DNA of 64,000 bases from Eledone cirrhosa (taxonomy: Eukaryota). Location of the stretch: contig CAXHJY010000680.1 in NCBI GenBank assembly GCA_964016885.1, positions 17,744 through 81,743 of the forward strand, read 5' to 3'. The translations under genes and the position numbers were made by a program. The notes below the pieces were generated by a model. The model was not told where the DNA came from. It did no database searches and saw only the letters and a program-made list of their open reading frames with translations. Of this stretch, positions 46,258-64,000 are shown piece by piece (position 1 is the stretch's first letter; every line of letters begins with the position of its first letter).

Positions 46258-46436
46258 GCAGAGGTTATATTTAATTTGTTGGGATTCAACAAGCTTAAAC
46301 ATTTTTATAACTGATATAAAGCACTCAACAGGTTAGTGGGTGGAGTAAATATTCAATATATTAATAAATATCCAGCGAACCTCAACCGCTAAGGTTGTCT
46401 TTATGCGGGTATGTCAATATTTATGAAACAAATTTG

Positions 46437-46502
46437 TATTTTATCTGATGAAAGCGCACCAAAATTTGCCTTGGTTGCCCTTGAAATATATATAATAAAA
46501 TA
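46437..46502 (+). ncRNA. Minimal type I hammerhead in island 46258-46545, which carries an inverted copy of its own 3' tail
   Basis: TATTTTAT CTGATGA AAGcGCACCAA..TTGGTtGCccTT GAAA TATATA TA ATAAAATA, with an 8-bp stem I. Confidence 0.82.
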
Positions 46503-46542
46503 ATTATGTTTTTATAAATATAGTTTCCATTTATTAATATAT

Positions 46543-46612
<70 letters not shown>

Positions 46613-46638
46613 GAGAGTGAACAACATAAATATAACTA

Positions 46639-46710
46639 ATCCATTACCAAAGGTTTCTGGATTACAGACGATAATAATATATACGTCTGGATCGGTCGTC
46701 ATATAGAGAT
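46639..46710 (-). ncRNA. Degenerate hammerhead (C3A) in a ~100-bp TA-flanked island
   Basis: Minus strand reads AT ATGACGA ccGATcCAGACG..CGTCTGtaATCca GAAA CC ttt GG TA AT. Confidence 0.55.
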
Positions 46711-46711
46711 G

Positions 46712-46822
<111 letters not shown>

Positions 46823-46989
46823 CATACATACATACATATATATTATTTACATATACCTATACCTACAATCACGATATAGCTCATGATAAAACGTCAACTT
46901 ATACCTTCCGATCTACACATACTCACATGCATACATGGTGGCTGCCAACTCGTTTTCGAGTACGGCCACTACTTTACATCCATGTAGGA

Positions 46990-47572
46990 TAACCCCTACC
47001 GAAGCGCTGAACGAGTGTGACTTTTTAGTCCAGCCAGCGACTTGAAACCTCTGGTACAAACACTACACCTGTGACAATTATTGACACATAGTGCTAGGCC
47101 CATGGTAGGACAATTATTGACACATAGTGCTGGGCCCATGTGAGGACAAGTGCAGAGAGATCTCCAGATATAAAGCAATGCCTGTGCCGTGAAGCTTTTA
47201 TAGTGAGCAAAGGCACTGCACAAAGCCAGTCCCACTCTCTTAACCAAGATGCTATTTACCAAAAAGAAGAACAAGTCAACATCATTGGATACCATCAGGG
47301 TTGCAGGTGTTATATCAGAGTTTTCCTTCTCCTAGAATTCTGCCTTGACTAAGGCTAAAGGGGTCATCTCTCCCGGTGATTTTGGATGGCCATTGACTCT
47401 TAAGAGCTCCTTTGCCCTTTGACAGGTTTTGTTTTTAGTCCTGCAGGATGTCCAAAGTCACCCTCCTCACCAAGAAACCTTGGTGGGGTTGCCAGTTTAG
47501 TCGCCAACGACCCGACCATGAGACAGGTTGTACTGGGATACATGTTACCAGTAGCACCAACTGGTGACCTGA
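46990..47572 (-). mobile_element. RTE/BovB-like relic: C2H2-like 3' end plus non-coding segment
   Basis: CSVCTRGFKSLAGLKSHTRS at ~47000-47070 resembles the terminal zinc knuckle of RTE-BovB ORFs. A 38-bp internal duplication is present. Confidence 0.6.
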
Positions 47573-47981
47573 CATAATATATATACATACATACATACCT
47601 GCATACATACATACATACATACATACATACACAAACACACACATACATACACACACACGCACAAACACACACATACATACATACATACACACACACAAAC
47701 ACATATATATATATATATGAATAAATACATACACGCATGCATACATATATAAATGCATACATGCATACATATATACATCTATACATACATAATACAGACA
47801 TACATACAGACACACATACATACATGCATGCATACATGCATGCATAAACACATACATACATGTATATACACAAACAAACATACATTTACATACACATATT
47901 CACACATACACTCACACATGCACACACATAAACACGTCTTTATACACACACACGCACATGTATTCATACACACACGCACAT

Positions 47982-48021
<40 letters not shown>

Positions 48022-48352
48022 TCACACATGTACATGTTCACACACACACACACACGTCATGATTTGATCAGGTCCGATTTCGAGCGGTCGGCCTGAACGG
48101 GTTTCCGTTTACTCCACAGTGGCTCCACCTAAAGTGTGAAACTTCCCTACACCCCCATCTCTCTCCTGTATTCATACATATAGGCACCACACATACACAT
48201 ACACATACACAAGCATATATAAATATATACATACATGCATATATATGCATATTTGTAAGTATATATATATATATATATTGCATGCATACATATATACTTT
48301 CTTACATTTATACATATATATATACATATATATATACATAAATACATATAAA

Positions 48353-48423
<71 letters not shown>

Positions 48424-48492
48424 CATGCATACATACATACTTTCTTACATTTATACATATATATATACATATATATACATAAATACATATAA

Positions 48493-48531
<39 letters not shown>

Positions 48532-48538
48532 TACATAA

Positions 48539-48578
<40 letters not shown>

Positions 48579-48623
48579 GAAAAGTATAGAAATTGTTGTA
48601 GCGAGAAGCCAACAGTATTCCAT

Positions 48624-48691
<68 letters not shown>

Positions 48692-49253
48692 GATACATAC
48701 ATATATTCATACATACTCCATACATACATACAACACATACATACATACATACAACACATACATACATACAACACATACATACATACATACAACACATACA
48801 TACAACACATACATACATACATACATCACATACATACATACAACACATACATCACATCTGTGATCCTGCACCATACCAGAAACCAGAAATAGCCGGATCA
48901 TAACAAAAAACCCAATTAAACGCTTAACTAGATTTTATTTTTGTCTGTTTAAACACTCCAAAGATTAAATAACAAGCAACTAAGGAAAGAGATGGCGGAG
49001 ATGCAACTCTAGAATGTTACCAATTCCAAGATGGTAGAACCATAGTTTGGCATCTCATGTATTATCTCTTGTGCCAGTGAAATATTGCTCCTCGCTGTTG
49101 ATTAACAAAATGGTTTGGATGTCGTCAATGGGGAGAGTTGAAACTGGGGAGGATCGGTGGAGGGTGAGAATAAATCCTCTACCAGTCTTCTTTGTTGTTG
49201 TATTGCACTGTTGCGTTTGGGGAGCTCGTTGTTGTTGTGACTCTAGCTGTTAC

Positions 49254-52560
<3,307 letters not shown>

Positions 52561-52734
52561 GGGGAAGGAGGTTGAGGTGGTGGTGTGTTAATGGAAGAGA
52601 GAGAGAGAGAGGGGGGGTGAGAGTGAGAGAGAAAGGAGGAGGAATTTCCAACGACATTTTGCTTGTTTTGTGACATTCACATTTCTTTTACAAGAGGAGT
52701 AATGGAATTATTGGCGACATCTTGTACAGCCCTT

Positions 52735-52817
<83 letters not shown>

Positions 52818-53577
52818 ACAACAACAACGTCCCTATCACAGCCACCATCACCTTCCTCCTCCTTCCTGACATTGTAGTCATCATCATCACCTTCATCATC
52901 AGATGCACGTAAAATTCACGAATAAATGCAAATAGTAATAATAATAATGTTTCTGCTTTTGGCACAAGGCCAGCAATTGTCCCAGTGTATTACTGGTACT
53001 TTATTTTATCGAACCCGTAAGGATGAAAGGCAAAGTTAACCTCGGCGGGATTTGAACTCAGAATGGATGGCAAGGACCGTAATTCCATGCGTCAAAGCAT
53101 GGCGTCCGACCCTCTACCGATACTGCCAATCCACTCCTTTGAATTAGTAATAATAATAATGTTTCTGCTTTTGGCACAAGGCCAGCAATTAACCCAGTGC
53201 ATTACTGGTTTTTATCGACCACGTAAGGATGAAAGCCAAAGTTAACCTGGTAGGATTTGAACTCAGATATAAATACGGAACTGACTTAATCATGTCGTAC
53301 TGTGTCCGTGTATTTGGAGCTTTCCCTTGCTGATGATCGCACCATGCTACATGAAACTCCTCACCATGAGATATAATATATTCATATTAATATTGGCACT
53401 AACCACGTATATCTGGATATCAATAATACATTGTGCTTCTACGGCATAATTTCTAATCTGTGTGTGTATAATGTATGTATGTGTCTATAGCTATGTTTTT
53501 ATGTATTCTTGTGTATATGTGTATATACATATATGTATATATACACATATATATATATATATATACATACAAACACA

Positions 53578-53620
<43 letters not shown>

Positions 53621-54070
53621 GTGTGTGTGTGTGTGTGTAAATATGTATATATATATCCTTTACACACACACACACACATGTTTATACCGCCATACGTACA
53701 TATAAATATATATCGAACACTCAAACCTATCTCCTGTCTGTGTGATTTGAGGGAGATTTGGTTGCTATTTCTACGAACGTAGAAATAGCCCTCATTTAAC
53801 GATGTGACATCACTAAATCAAACAAACACAACACAAATACGACGACGACGGCGGCGACTATTCCCCCCCCCCCCCCCCCCCACCACCACCACCACCACCA
53901 CCACCACCATCACCAACCTATAGAACAACATCAATAACGACAGTTACAACAATAACAACAATAAGAAGAGTAACAATTCTTCGATAAAATAATTTTTATT
54001 CAAGACATAACAACATCAAACACAACAACACAACAACAACGCACAACAGCAATAACAACACACATTGACA

Positions 54071-54204
<134 letters not shown>

Positions 54205-54223
54205 CACGCACTTATATATATAT

Positions 54224-54260
<37 letters not shown>

Positions 54261-54280
54261 CACATATATACACGCACTCA

Positions 54281-54354
<74 letters not shown>

Positions 54355-54508
54355 AATACTTTTATAATTGTATTTTTTATATCTATCATTATATTAATTT
54401 TTTTATCATCATTATTGTTATATTTATTAATATCATTACATTTATCATTATCATTGTTCTTATTATTATCATTATTATTATTATCATCATTATTATTATT
54501 ATTTTCAG

Positions 54509-54571
54509 AAAATATTCCCCCAATGTGGGAACTGAATTTGCTAAGATCCTCTGCAGTTGGCAGTTAACTAA
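54509..54571 (+). other. Candidate 63-nt internal exon
   Basis: It has a ttttcag acceptor and a gtaagc donor, its length is divisible by 3, and one frame is open (KYSPNVGTEFAKILCSWQLT). No homolog recognised. Confidence 0.3.
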
Positions 54572-54796
54572 GTAAGCAGCTCGCTTTCCTGTCATTTGTG
54601 AAGAATGAAGAGATTTTTTTAGATCGAAATTCACCTAGATTATTATTATTTTCATTTATATAATTGTCTTCGTTTTATTCTTATATTTTTAATTGTTTTC
54701 GTTAAGTTTTTGTTTGTTTTCGTTTGGCTTCATTTTTTTTTTTTCAACATTCAATATTTTTTCATTATTGTTATTAATAACGAAATCCTTGCTGTT

Positions 54797-54844
<48 letters not shown>

Positions 54845-56124
54845 GCTGTTGTTTTTGTTGTTATTCTTGTTTATTGTTTTTTTATATTTTCTTGATCATT
54901 TATGTTTAAATTGCGCATATATGTATATATGTAAGTATGTATAGTTGTTGGTGTATATGTATGTATGTACGTACGTGTGAATGTGTGTGTGTATGTATGT
55001 ATGTATGTATGTATGTATGTATGTATGTATGTATGTATGTATGTATGAATATATGTATGCATGCACCAATGAATGTATTTGCGTATTTATGTGAGTTTAT
55101 ATGAAGGTATCTATCTGTGTGAGTGTATGCGTGTATATTTATATATATACATATATATATATGTTTGTTTATATATATACATTCATACATACATAACATA
55201 CATACATACAAACATACACACATACATACATACACACGTATGTATGTATTTCTACAAAGGAGTCAACCTAGACGTACTTCGGTAAAGAACATCCGGGCAG
55301 TCAGCCGCCATTGATGTCCGCCATTAAAACCTCGATGTCATACGTCAGTCATTACTGTCAACACTTTAAAACTCTTCTTAACTTAACATTATCACCGCCC
55401 GTCGTTTTTTTCCCTTCACTGTAACTGTTGAAGCATTTGAGAGAACCACTTAGAGACACGGCATGGAGCTCATTAAACTACCGTTTATGGCATCTTGATC
55501 GCCCACTAATTAATTTGGAGAATGTCATAGAGTTCCTGGATAGATAGATATCGGAAGCGATGGACCTCTGTCGGTTACGACGATGAGTGTTACAGTTGAT
55601 AGAAGAATCAATGGAACAGTCTGCTCACGAAATTAACTTGCATGTGGTTGAGAATGCCCCTAGCATGTACATAATTATCGTAGTTCTTAGAGAGATTCAG
55701 CATGGTAGTGAGTGACAAAGTACAGATACAGCTCATACGACGGGCTTGTATTGGGCCTCCGTCGGCTACGACGATGAGTGTTACAGTTGACTGAAGAATC
55801 AAGGCAACAGTCTGCTCACGAAATTAACTTGCATGTGTCTGAGAACTCCACAGGAATGTGCATCATTAACGTTGTTCTCAGGAAGATTCAATGTGACAGT
55901 GTGTGACAAGGTAAAGGTACAGTACAACGGACGGGCTTCAAAATATTTTCCTAAATAAATGTTGCGTGTGATGAGGATGTATCGGGCTTCCGGCTCTTAC
56001 GACGACGAGTGCTCCACTTGATTTAATCAACGGAACTACTTGATCATGAAATTAACGTGCAAGTGGGTGAAAATGCCACAGAAACGTACATCTAATACGT
56101 TGTTCTCAGGGAGATTCGACATGA

Positions 56125-56350
56125 TATCGGGCTGGATCCCCAAGCGAGACCAGCTAAACTCATGGATGTTATCCATCCATCTTACTCGGGAGTCTGGGTT
56201 TCCTGTCGGTTGACTTTGCTCGTAAAATCTGTCCAGCGATTCTTTCCTGAGACATTCTAACCACATAGCCATAGTATCGGAGCTGTGATCTCTGAATTCG
56301 GAGAAGTAGCGGCTCTACCTGGAGTGACTCTCTGATTTCCAAGCTACACA
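56125..56350 (-). mobile_element. RTE LINE C-terminal fragment
   Basis: SLEIRESLQVEPLLLRIQRSQLRYYGYVVRMSQERIAGQILRAKST, then a frameshift to RWMDNIHEFSW. Confidence 0.82.
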
Positions 56351-57844
56351 TACGATTGTGTACCTACATATGATGTGGTGCAGGTTTAGATGTTAGACGT
56401 TGGCGTTGTGTTCTTGTTCCAGCTCACTAAACCTCGTCATACACAGTCACACCAGATCTACTCCCAGGAGAATTACATTAAGGGTGCACGTGTCTGTGGA
56501 ATGCTCAGCCACTTGCAATTCAAAAGGAAAGCCTTGACACACAATGTGTTATTCTGAATCTCCCTGAGAAGTAGGTTAAATATACATATGTCTATGGAAT
56601 GCTAGGACACTAGCACGTGAATTTCACAAGCAGGCTGCTTTGTTGTTCACGCTGCAGGAACTGACGCAGATCCAGGATACACACGTGTGTGTGTCTGTGT
56701 GTGTGTATGTGTGTGTGTGTATGTGTGTGTATGTGTGTATTATATGTATGTGTGTGTGTATGCACACGTTGAGTGTGTGTGTGTGAGTATGTGTATGTAT
56801 GCACGCGTTGAGTGTGTGAGTATGAGTGTGTGTATGTATGCACGCGTTGTGTGTTTTCGTGTGTGTATGTACGCGTTGCGTATGTGTATTTATGTACGAA
56901 TTGTGTATGTGTCTGTATATGTATGTATGCGTTGTGTGTTTGCGTGTGTGTGCCTATGTGTTTGTGTATGTGTGAATGTATGTGTGAGTGCGTGTGTGTA
57001 TGTGTATGTGTGTGTGTGTATGTATGTGTGTTGTGTGTGTGTGCGTGTATGTGTGTGTATATGTGTGTATGTATGTGTGTTTATATGTGTATGTGTGTAT
57101 GTGTGTGTGTGTTGTGTGTGTGTATGTGTATGTGTGTATGTATATGTGTGTGTATATGTGTACGTGTGTGTATATGTGTATATGTGTGTGTATGTGTGTG
57201 TATATGTGTGTATGTATTTGTGTTTATATGTGTATGTGTGTATGTGTGTGTGTATGTGTATGTGTGTATGTATATGTGTGTGTATATGTGTACGTGTGTG
57301 TATATGTGTGTATGTGTGTGTATGTGTGTGTATATGTGTATGTGTGTGTTATGTGTGTGTGAGTGAGTGTGTGTGTGTGCGTGTGTGTGAAAGTGAGAGA
57401 AGAAGTGATTAAAACTAAGAGTCTGGCTAAACAAACGGCTGCAAGGTGAGGGGGGATTAGTGAGACAGCTCTAAACATTGACGGAAGTATTGGCATGGTG
57501 GTAAAGACGGATTATGGAGAGCCGGATTAAAGAGTAAGTGAGAGCAAATAGAGAGTTTAGCACTTAATAAAGAGATAGAGAGAGAGAGATGGATGGGGAG
57601 AGAGTGAGAGAGAGATGGATGGGGAGAGAGTGGCGGATGGGGAGAGAGTGAGAGAGAGAGAGAGAGAGAGAGATGGAAGGGTGGGTTGAAAGATGGGGAG
57701 AGCAAGTTGAGAGTTTTAGTACTTAATAAAGAGAGGGCGAGAGAGAGAGCGAGAGAGAGGAGAGAGAGAGGGAGGGATGGATAGGTTAAGAAATGGGGAG
57801 GGAAAGTAGTGTTTAGCACTTAATAAAGAGTGAGAGAGAGAGAA

Positions 57845-57885
<41 letters not shown>

Positions 57886-58038
57886 AATATGGGAAGAAAA
57901 AATACAGGTTGCACTTGAGAGAGGGAGAAATAAATGAGGAGGGAGAGATGGGGAGAGAGACGGGAAACAAAGAGACAGAGAGATAAGAAAAAAGAGAAAA
58001 ATTGGGACAGAGAGAGATGGGCAGATATAAATGAGCAG

Positions 58039-58085
<47 letters not shown>

Positions 58086-58228
58086 CTTTGAAAGAGGGGG
58101 CCAGAACGAGAGAAGAATAAGAGAGAGAGAGAGAGAGGCGGGGTGATAATTTAGAAGTTACCAATGAAAACATGAATGTATATCATTCATTCGGCCTCCT
58201 ACCTCCACCCCACCCTCTTTCTCTCTCA

Positions 58229-58301
<73 letters not shown>

Positions 58302-58512
58302 CCTCTCTCTCTCTCTCTCTTCTACAATCCATCAGTGAAACAAAGAATAGTAATTGGGAAGAAACGAAGGAACTGAAGAGGAAGAAGAGGAGGAGCATTC
58401 CACAAACACGTGTATCCTTAACATAATTCTCAGAGAGATTCCCTTTGGCACACACACACACATATATATAACTATAAATATAGCTATATATATGTGCGTG
58501 TGTGTGCGTGCG

Positions 58513-58571
<59 letters not shown>

Positions 58572-60851
58572 ATGTCTGTGTCTGTGTGTCTGTGTGTCTG
58601 TGTGTCTATGTGTCTGAGTGTGTCTGGGCCTGTGAGTGTGGGCCTGTGAGTGTGAGCCTGTGAGTGTGAGCCTGGTTTCAACAATGAGTGCTCCAGTTGT
58701 TTAATCAACTTAAAAGCCTGCTCTTGAAATTAACATGCAAGTAGCTGAGCATTCTACAGCAGACACATTGTACTTTTAATGTATTTCTCAGGGAGATTTA
58801 AGGTATTTCTCAGAGACACAGTGTGTGGCAAGGTTGGTCCATTAAATTACTGGTACTATTATTCTTAACCATTCGGTAATACTGTCTCTTGTGTTGTGAC
58901 TCAAGACGTGACACCTGATTGGTCAGTTTATCATTGAATGGAAACTCTAGCGTTAGTTATGAATTTAAGAATATGGACAATTTACAGGACGATGAGAAGG
59001 TCGATTTAAATTGATCCCAGTACTTGACTGATACTTTATTTTATCGACCCTGGAGGCGCTTGGCCTAGTGGTAAGGATGTTCGACTTACCTTCATGATGT
59101 CTTGGGTCCGATTCCTGGACTGAGTTGTGTTCTTGAGCCAAACAATTCATTTCACGTTGCTCCAGGAAATGAGTACCAGCAATAGCTGAGGGGTTAACTC
59201 TGCGATGAATTGGTGTCCTGTCCAGAGGAGGGGGAGTTTTGTACTCTTAATCGTTTCACTCCACCGAAACCGGGATAATGGGGTAAGGGCCGGCTTGATG
59301 AATCTCCGAGCTCGAGACAGACTTTAGAGTTTTAGGAAGGATGAAACGAGAAGTTAACGTTAACGAGATTCAAATTCAGAACGTAAAGAACCTGTACAAA
59401 AAGCTGCAAAGAATGTTGTCTGGTTGTACTATAATTGAAACCCTAATGTTATATTACAAACAGCTCTATTCTGGCCGACGGAAAATGGCCGTTTGTTTAA
59501 TAATTTATTTATATCGGCAATGGATAAATTCTCTTTCACTAGTTTATTTTGAATTTCTATTTGAATGCGTCAACCAAAGTGGACAATACCGATGATCGAC
59601 TTTTAACGGAATCAACGGAAATTGAACTTGCTTCCGACGCACACGAATCTATTAAACTATTTAATCACGCTTCACTTACTAAAATGATTCATAACCATTC
59701 TCTTGTTGTTTCTGAGTGTTTATTAGAATTACTGTTGAGTAGAAAAATAAGGCAACTCTTGTGCGTCGTAGAGAAAGAGAGGGGGACAGGAAAGGGGAGA
59801 GAGAAGGGAGTGCGTGTATGAGAGAGAGGGGGAGGATGGAGAGAAAAGGTGAGGGAGAGAGGAAAATAAAGAGAGGGAGAGAGGAAAAGAGAGATAGAAG
59901 TAATACAGTTATCGTTTTTTTTTTATATTCTTTCATTTCATTCATTTTATTATTTTTTCTTTAATATTTGTTGTGAACTTTGCCTTTCATTCTTACGAGG
60001 TCGATAAAGAAGTACCAGTACTTTATCACGTCATCTTTATCTCTCTCTCTCTCTCTCTTTCTTTTTTTCTTCTTCTTCTCTGGAAGAAATAAACAGGAGT
60101 AGTCAGACATGGGGAAGGGATGGATTCCGCCATATTTAAAATGTCCAAGACTCACTGTATATCATTACAGCGCCCCTACAACTTCATCAGAAGTTATGGG
60201 TCCATACATACGTTTGTCGTGGAAGTGAAATATAAGCGTGTTTCTAATTAAGATATTAATTTTCGCTGTTGTCTCAGTCTTCCTGAGTGACCGCTCTCTA
60301 ACCGGTAAAACCAGTAAAATAGTAAATATTGATTTCTGTTTTACATTGGTACAGGACTACAAAACTTGGCGACAGAACAACTTGATTATATTAATCAAGT
60401 TATTTTTTTGAACCCCAGAAAAATGAAACAAAGGCGAACGAAATTGTCAACCCCGACGTAATTAAAAAAAAAACTAAAGAAAATACCTATTTTTCTCAGA
60501 ACTTATCGGTTCAGCCCCCACAAGAAAAATATTCCATCAGCTGACATGCAGCTGGGATTGAAACTGTTACTAATGTTTTGAAATTAGTCCTCTATGTCTT
60601 CAGTAAAAATTGTAATACAGATTCTTTGCTACTTTTAAATGTTTATTTAGTCTTCTATCGTATTTCGTTTTCAATTAAAAATATATTTTAGCGCATTGTT
60701 TACGTATGTAAGTGTGCAAACGTATGTATGTCTGACCGTATGTATGTATGTGTGTCTGACCGTATGTATGAATGTATGTATGTATGTGTGCATGTACATC
60801 TACGTGTTCTTGGGTGTGTAGAAGTGTGTATATTCTATATATATACATACA

Positions 60852-60923
<72 letters not shown>

Positions 60924-61055
60924 TATATTAAATGGAACGATGTCAGAGTTAGAGATGGGCTGGCAAATCTATACAGTAGCAAACAATTTATTCATGTATT
61001 TTCTTCCGCCTATAAACGAATAATTTTAGACGCTTTAAGCCAAATATATATATAC

Positions 61056-61120
<65 letters not shown>

Positions 61121-61649
61121 TTTTTTGTCTGTTTGAAAAATAAAATGAAATAAGAAAATAAAAAAGTTAAAATAAATAAGAAAAATTAAATCCAAAAATA
61201 TCTGCGGAAAAACCTGTAAAAAAATGAATAAAATATAGAAATTAAAAAAAAATTAAAATAAAGATGAAAAAATAAATAAGAAAATTAAATCCCCAAAAAA
61301 TCTGCAAAAAATCCAAAACAGCCGTAAAAAGTACGATATAAAAATGTAAAAGAAATGAGGCAGTTTTCACCATTTATTGTAGCAGCACGCCGCAGGAATT
61401 AGATCATCCCTTAAGGACCACCAAAAAAAAAAGATGCTATTTATGGAATTATTTACCAAAATGTTTACCAAAGTCTTCATATTTATGCCATCGTTATTGC
61501 CGTATATTTTATATATCTAATCATTCTACACACATATACACTATTACATTTTTATTTTATTTTATTTTATTTTATTTTATTTTATCTTATTTTATTTTAT
61601 TTCTGTTGGCCATATTCCGAGTTATTATTATCATTATCATTATTTTTAT

Positions 61650-61709
<60 letters not shown>

Positions 61710-61889
61710 CATCATCATCATCGTCGTCGTCGTCGTCGTCGTCGTTATTATCACTATCATTGCGGTTATCATCATTTGGTTTTAGAGACCATTCAACATA
61801 CACATCCAACATACATATATATACATAAATACATTTATATATATATATGTTGGTATGTATGTATACATATATATATATTTATATGTGCG

Positions 61890-61926
<37 letters not shown>

Positions 61927-61934
61927 TGGTATGT

Positions 61935-62029
<95 letters not shown>

Positions 62030-62509
62030 TATATGAATGTGTGTGTTTGTTCTATGTCCGTTTATATTGATTTCTAACATACAATGATGTGTTAATTGGC
62101 AAGAGATCGTTAAAGAGAGACGATTTATTTTCACCCTTCATCCCACCTTTCTAGAGTTCATTAGTTACTCTGTATAATAACTTATTTACCAATTCCTCCT
62201 CCGAGGTCTACATTTAGCAACTTACTATTTCAGTTTTAGGGGATTGGCGAAATTGTGACCATTTGATATTTAACGATGTTTTGTTATTGCTGTTGTCGTT
62301 AGCCCAAAGTGTTTAGCCCTATATCAGTCTCCACCAATCAGGTCTATGATCAAAGAGCCAGTAAATTTACATAATCGCTTGATGAAATTGTCGGATAGAA
62401 TACTATAAGGGTAATCAATCCGACTTTCCGCGCTCTAATCCCACCAGGGGTTAAATATATGTTTCCCTTCTTTTAGAGGGCAATAAATAAAATGATCAAA
62501 TCTTTCTCG

Positions 62510-62567
<58 letters not shown>

Positions 62568-62628
62568 GTGTGTATGTATATAAACAATTATATTAAATAA
62601 ATGGAAACTATATTTATAAAACCATATT

Positions 62629-62689
62629 TATTCTATTATATCTATTCAAGGGTACCAAAAACTTTGGTACGCTTTCATCAGATAAAATA
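62629..62689 (-). ncRNA. Degenerate hammerhead of the 46437 family
   Basis: Minus strand reads TATTTTAT CTGATGA AAGcGTACCAAA..TTTGGTACcCTT GAA TAGATATA ATAGAATA. The GAAA/stem III region is damaged. Confidence 0.6.
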
Positions 62690-62816
62690 CAAAGTGTTTT
62701 ATAAATTTTGACATAGCCAAGGAAATCATACCTTATCCGTTGAATTTTCTTGGGGTACTACCCAAGAAAATTCATTTATATTTGTTGTATTTCCAACAAT
62801 TAATAACTCTTCTACT

Positions 62817-62885
<69 letters not shown>

Positions 62886-63859
62886 GTATGTGTGTGTGTA
62901 TATATATATATATATATCTTTCTGGAGAAACACATTTCCTTCCCTTATACATTCGGAAAAAGGAAGGTTTATAGTCGTTTCACTAGACCCTCTGTTGTCA
63001 ACTAAGGAAAGTATTTGAACTCGTGAGATAGAGAAACTACAAAAGATAACCATTTAGTTTCGTCGGATTCTACAGTTTTATTGTTTAATACCCAGTCATT
63101 TCTCTAAGCCTCTCTATAAATTAAAAACAAAGCCCAGCACAGTTTACAGTAATTTGCAAGAATTTAAAGATTAATTTCTTAGGATTTTTCTAACGACGGT
63201 TTTATATACATTCGTCGGCTGTTATGAATTTCTTATTTCTTGTGGCAAGACAACCAAAAATTGAGGAAACCACAGCCAAAAATAATTCCAGAAAAAGCTC
63301 ATCGAAAGTATTTGGCAATCCCAGGTACCAGATTTCCCAAACCACTTAAACTTAATCCCATTTAATCCCTTCTAATTCCAACTAATCCAGAACGGTTTAC
63401 TCCTATGTGCAGACGCCATTTTTTTTTCACTGTTGGTTACGAAATAATCTAAAACAAAACGTAATTTTAAAAAAGATTCATTCTTTAATATTAAGTTCTG
63501 GTATATTCTTCGCTTTATCTTTGCTTTATTTTTCTGTATGGAGGTGGGGGATAAGTTGATGAGAATTTAGTTTAAATTAACACTCATGTCGTCTCTACTT
63601 CATAGCTAGCTGCCACGTCTACATCTTGTCTCGACCCTCAACACTTTCTTTTGCAACTTCTGTAGAATATTTAGAATATGCCAAAGAGAGTTGTAATTCT
63701 TCTTTTGTATTTTCCTTATGTATATCTACCATAAGATTGTTAGGGTTAAAAGAAAATTGAAGAAAATATATCACTGGAAACACTCAACATTTTCACAAAC
63801 TCACATACCCATATATATATATATATATGTATATATGTATATATATATATATGAATATA

Positions 63860-63975
<116 letters not shown>

Positions 63976-64000
63976 TGAGAGAGAGAGAGAGAGAGAGAGA

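Noticed and set aside
47400-47572. Twister or HDV-like ribozyme in the RTE-associated segment (gaggaggg, ccacc/ggtg hairpin)
   Set aside because: I could not assign the required pseudoknot pairings by eye. An Rfam covariance search would decide it.
52699-52869. ATG-initiated His/Gln-rich ORF resembling a transcription-factor tract
   Set aside because: It is short, consists mostly of CAT/CAG repeat, and has no domain or splice donor.
53327-53380. CTGATGA...GAAACTC..GAG hammerhead candidate
   Set aside because: Stem II does not pair, and the UH site and stem I are not convincing.

Overview
This AT-rich animal DNA is dominated by (TA)n/(CA)n/(GA)n and trinucleotide arrays and by short transposon relics. 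Its SINE families resemble those I recall from Octopus genomes, so the host is probably a cephalopod (inference). No complete protein-coding gene is supported, and almost all ORFs in the track are microsatellite artefacts. The recognisable coding relics are three Penelope-like (PLE) GIY-YIG endonuclease fragments and five RTE-type LINE fragments. The main signal is a high density of minimal type I hammerhead ribozyme (HHR) motifs: more than 15 by eye, from several sequence families. Most lie in short islands inserted into (TA)n tracts, often with a fold-back (inverted) duplication. They include U3:A8 core-swap variants, a repeated A4 variant, one with a ~115-nt stem II, and one whose stem III has expanded as a TA microsatellite. 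The window also holds a solo LTR with a 4-bp TSD, MITEs, a Helitron-like element, a telomere-like array and one candidate 63-nt exon. All ribozyme folds were paired by eye and have not been tested.
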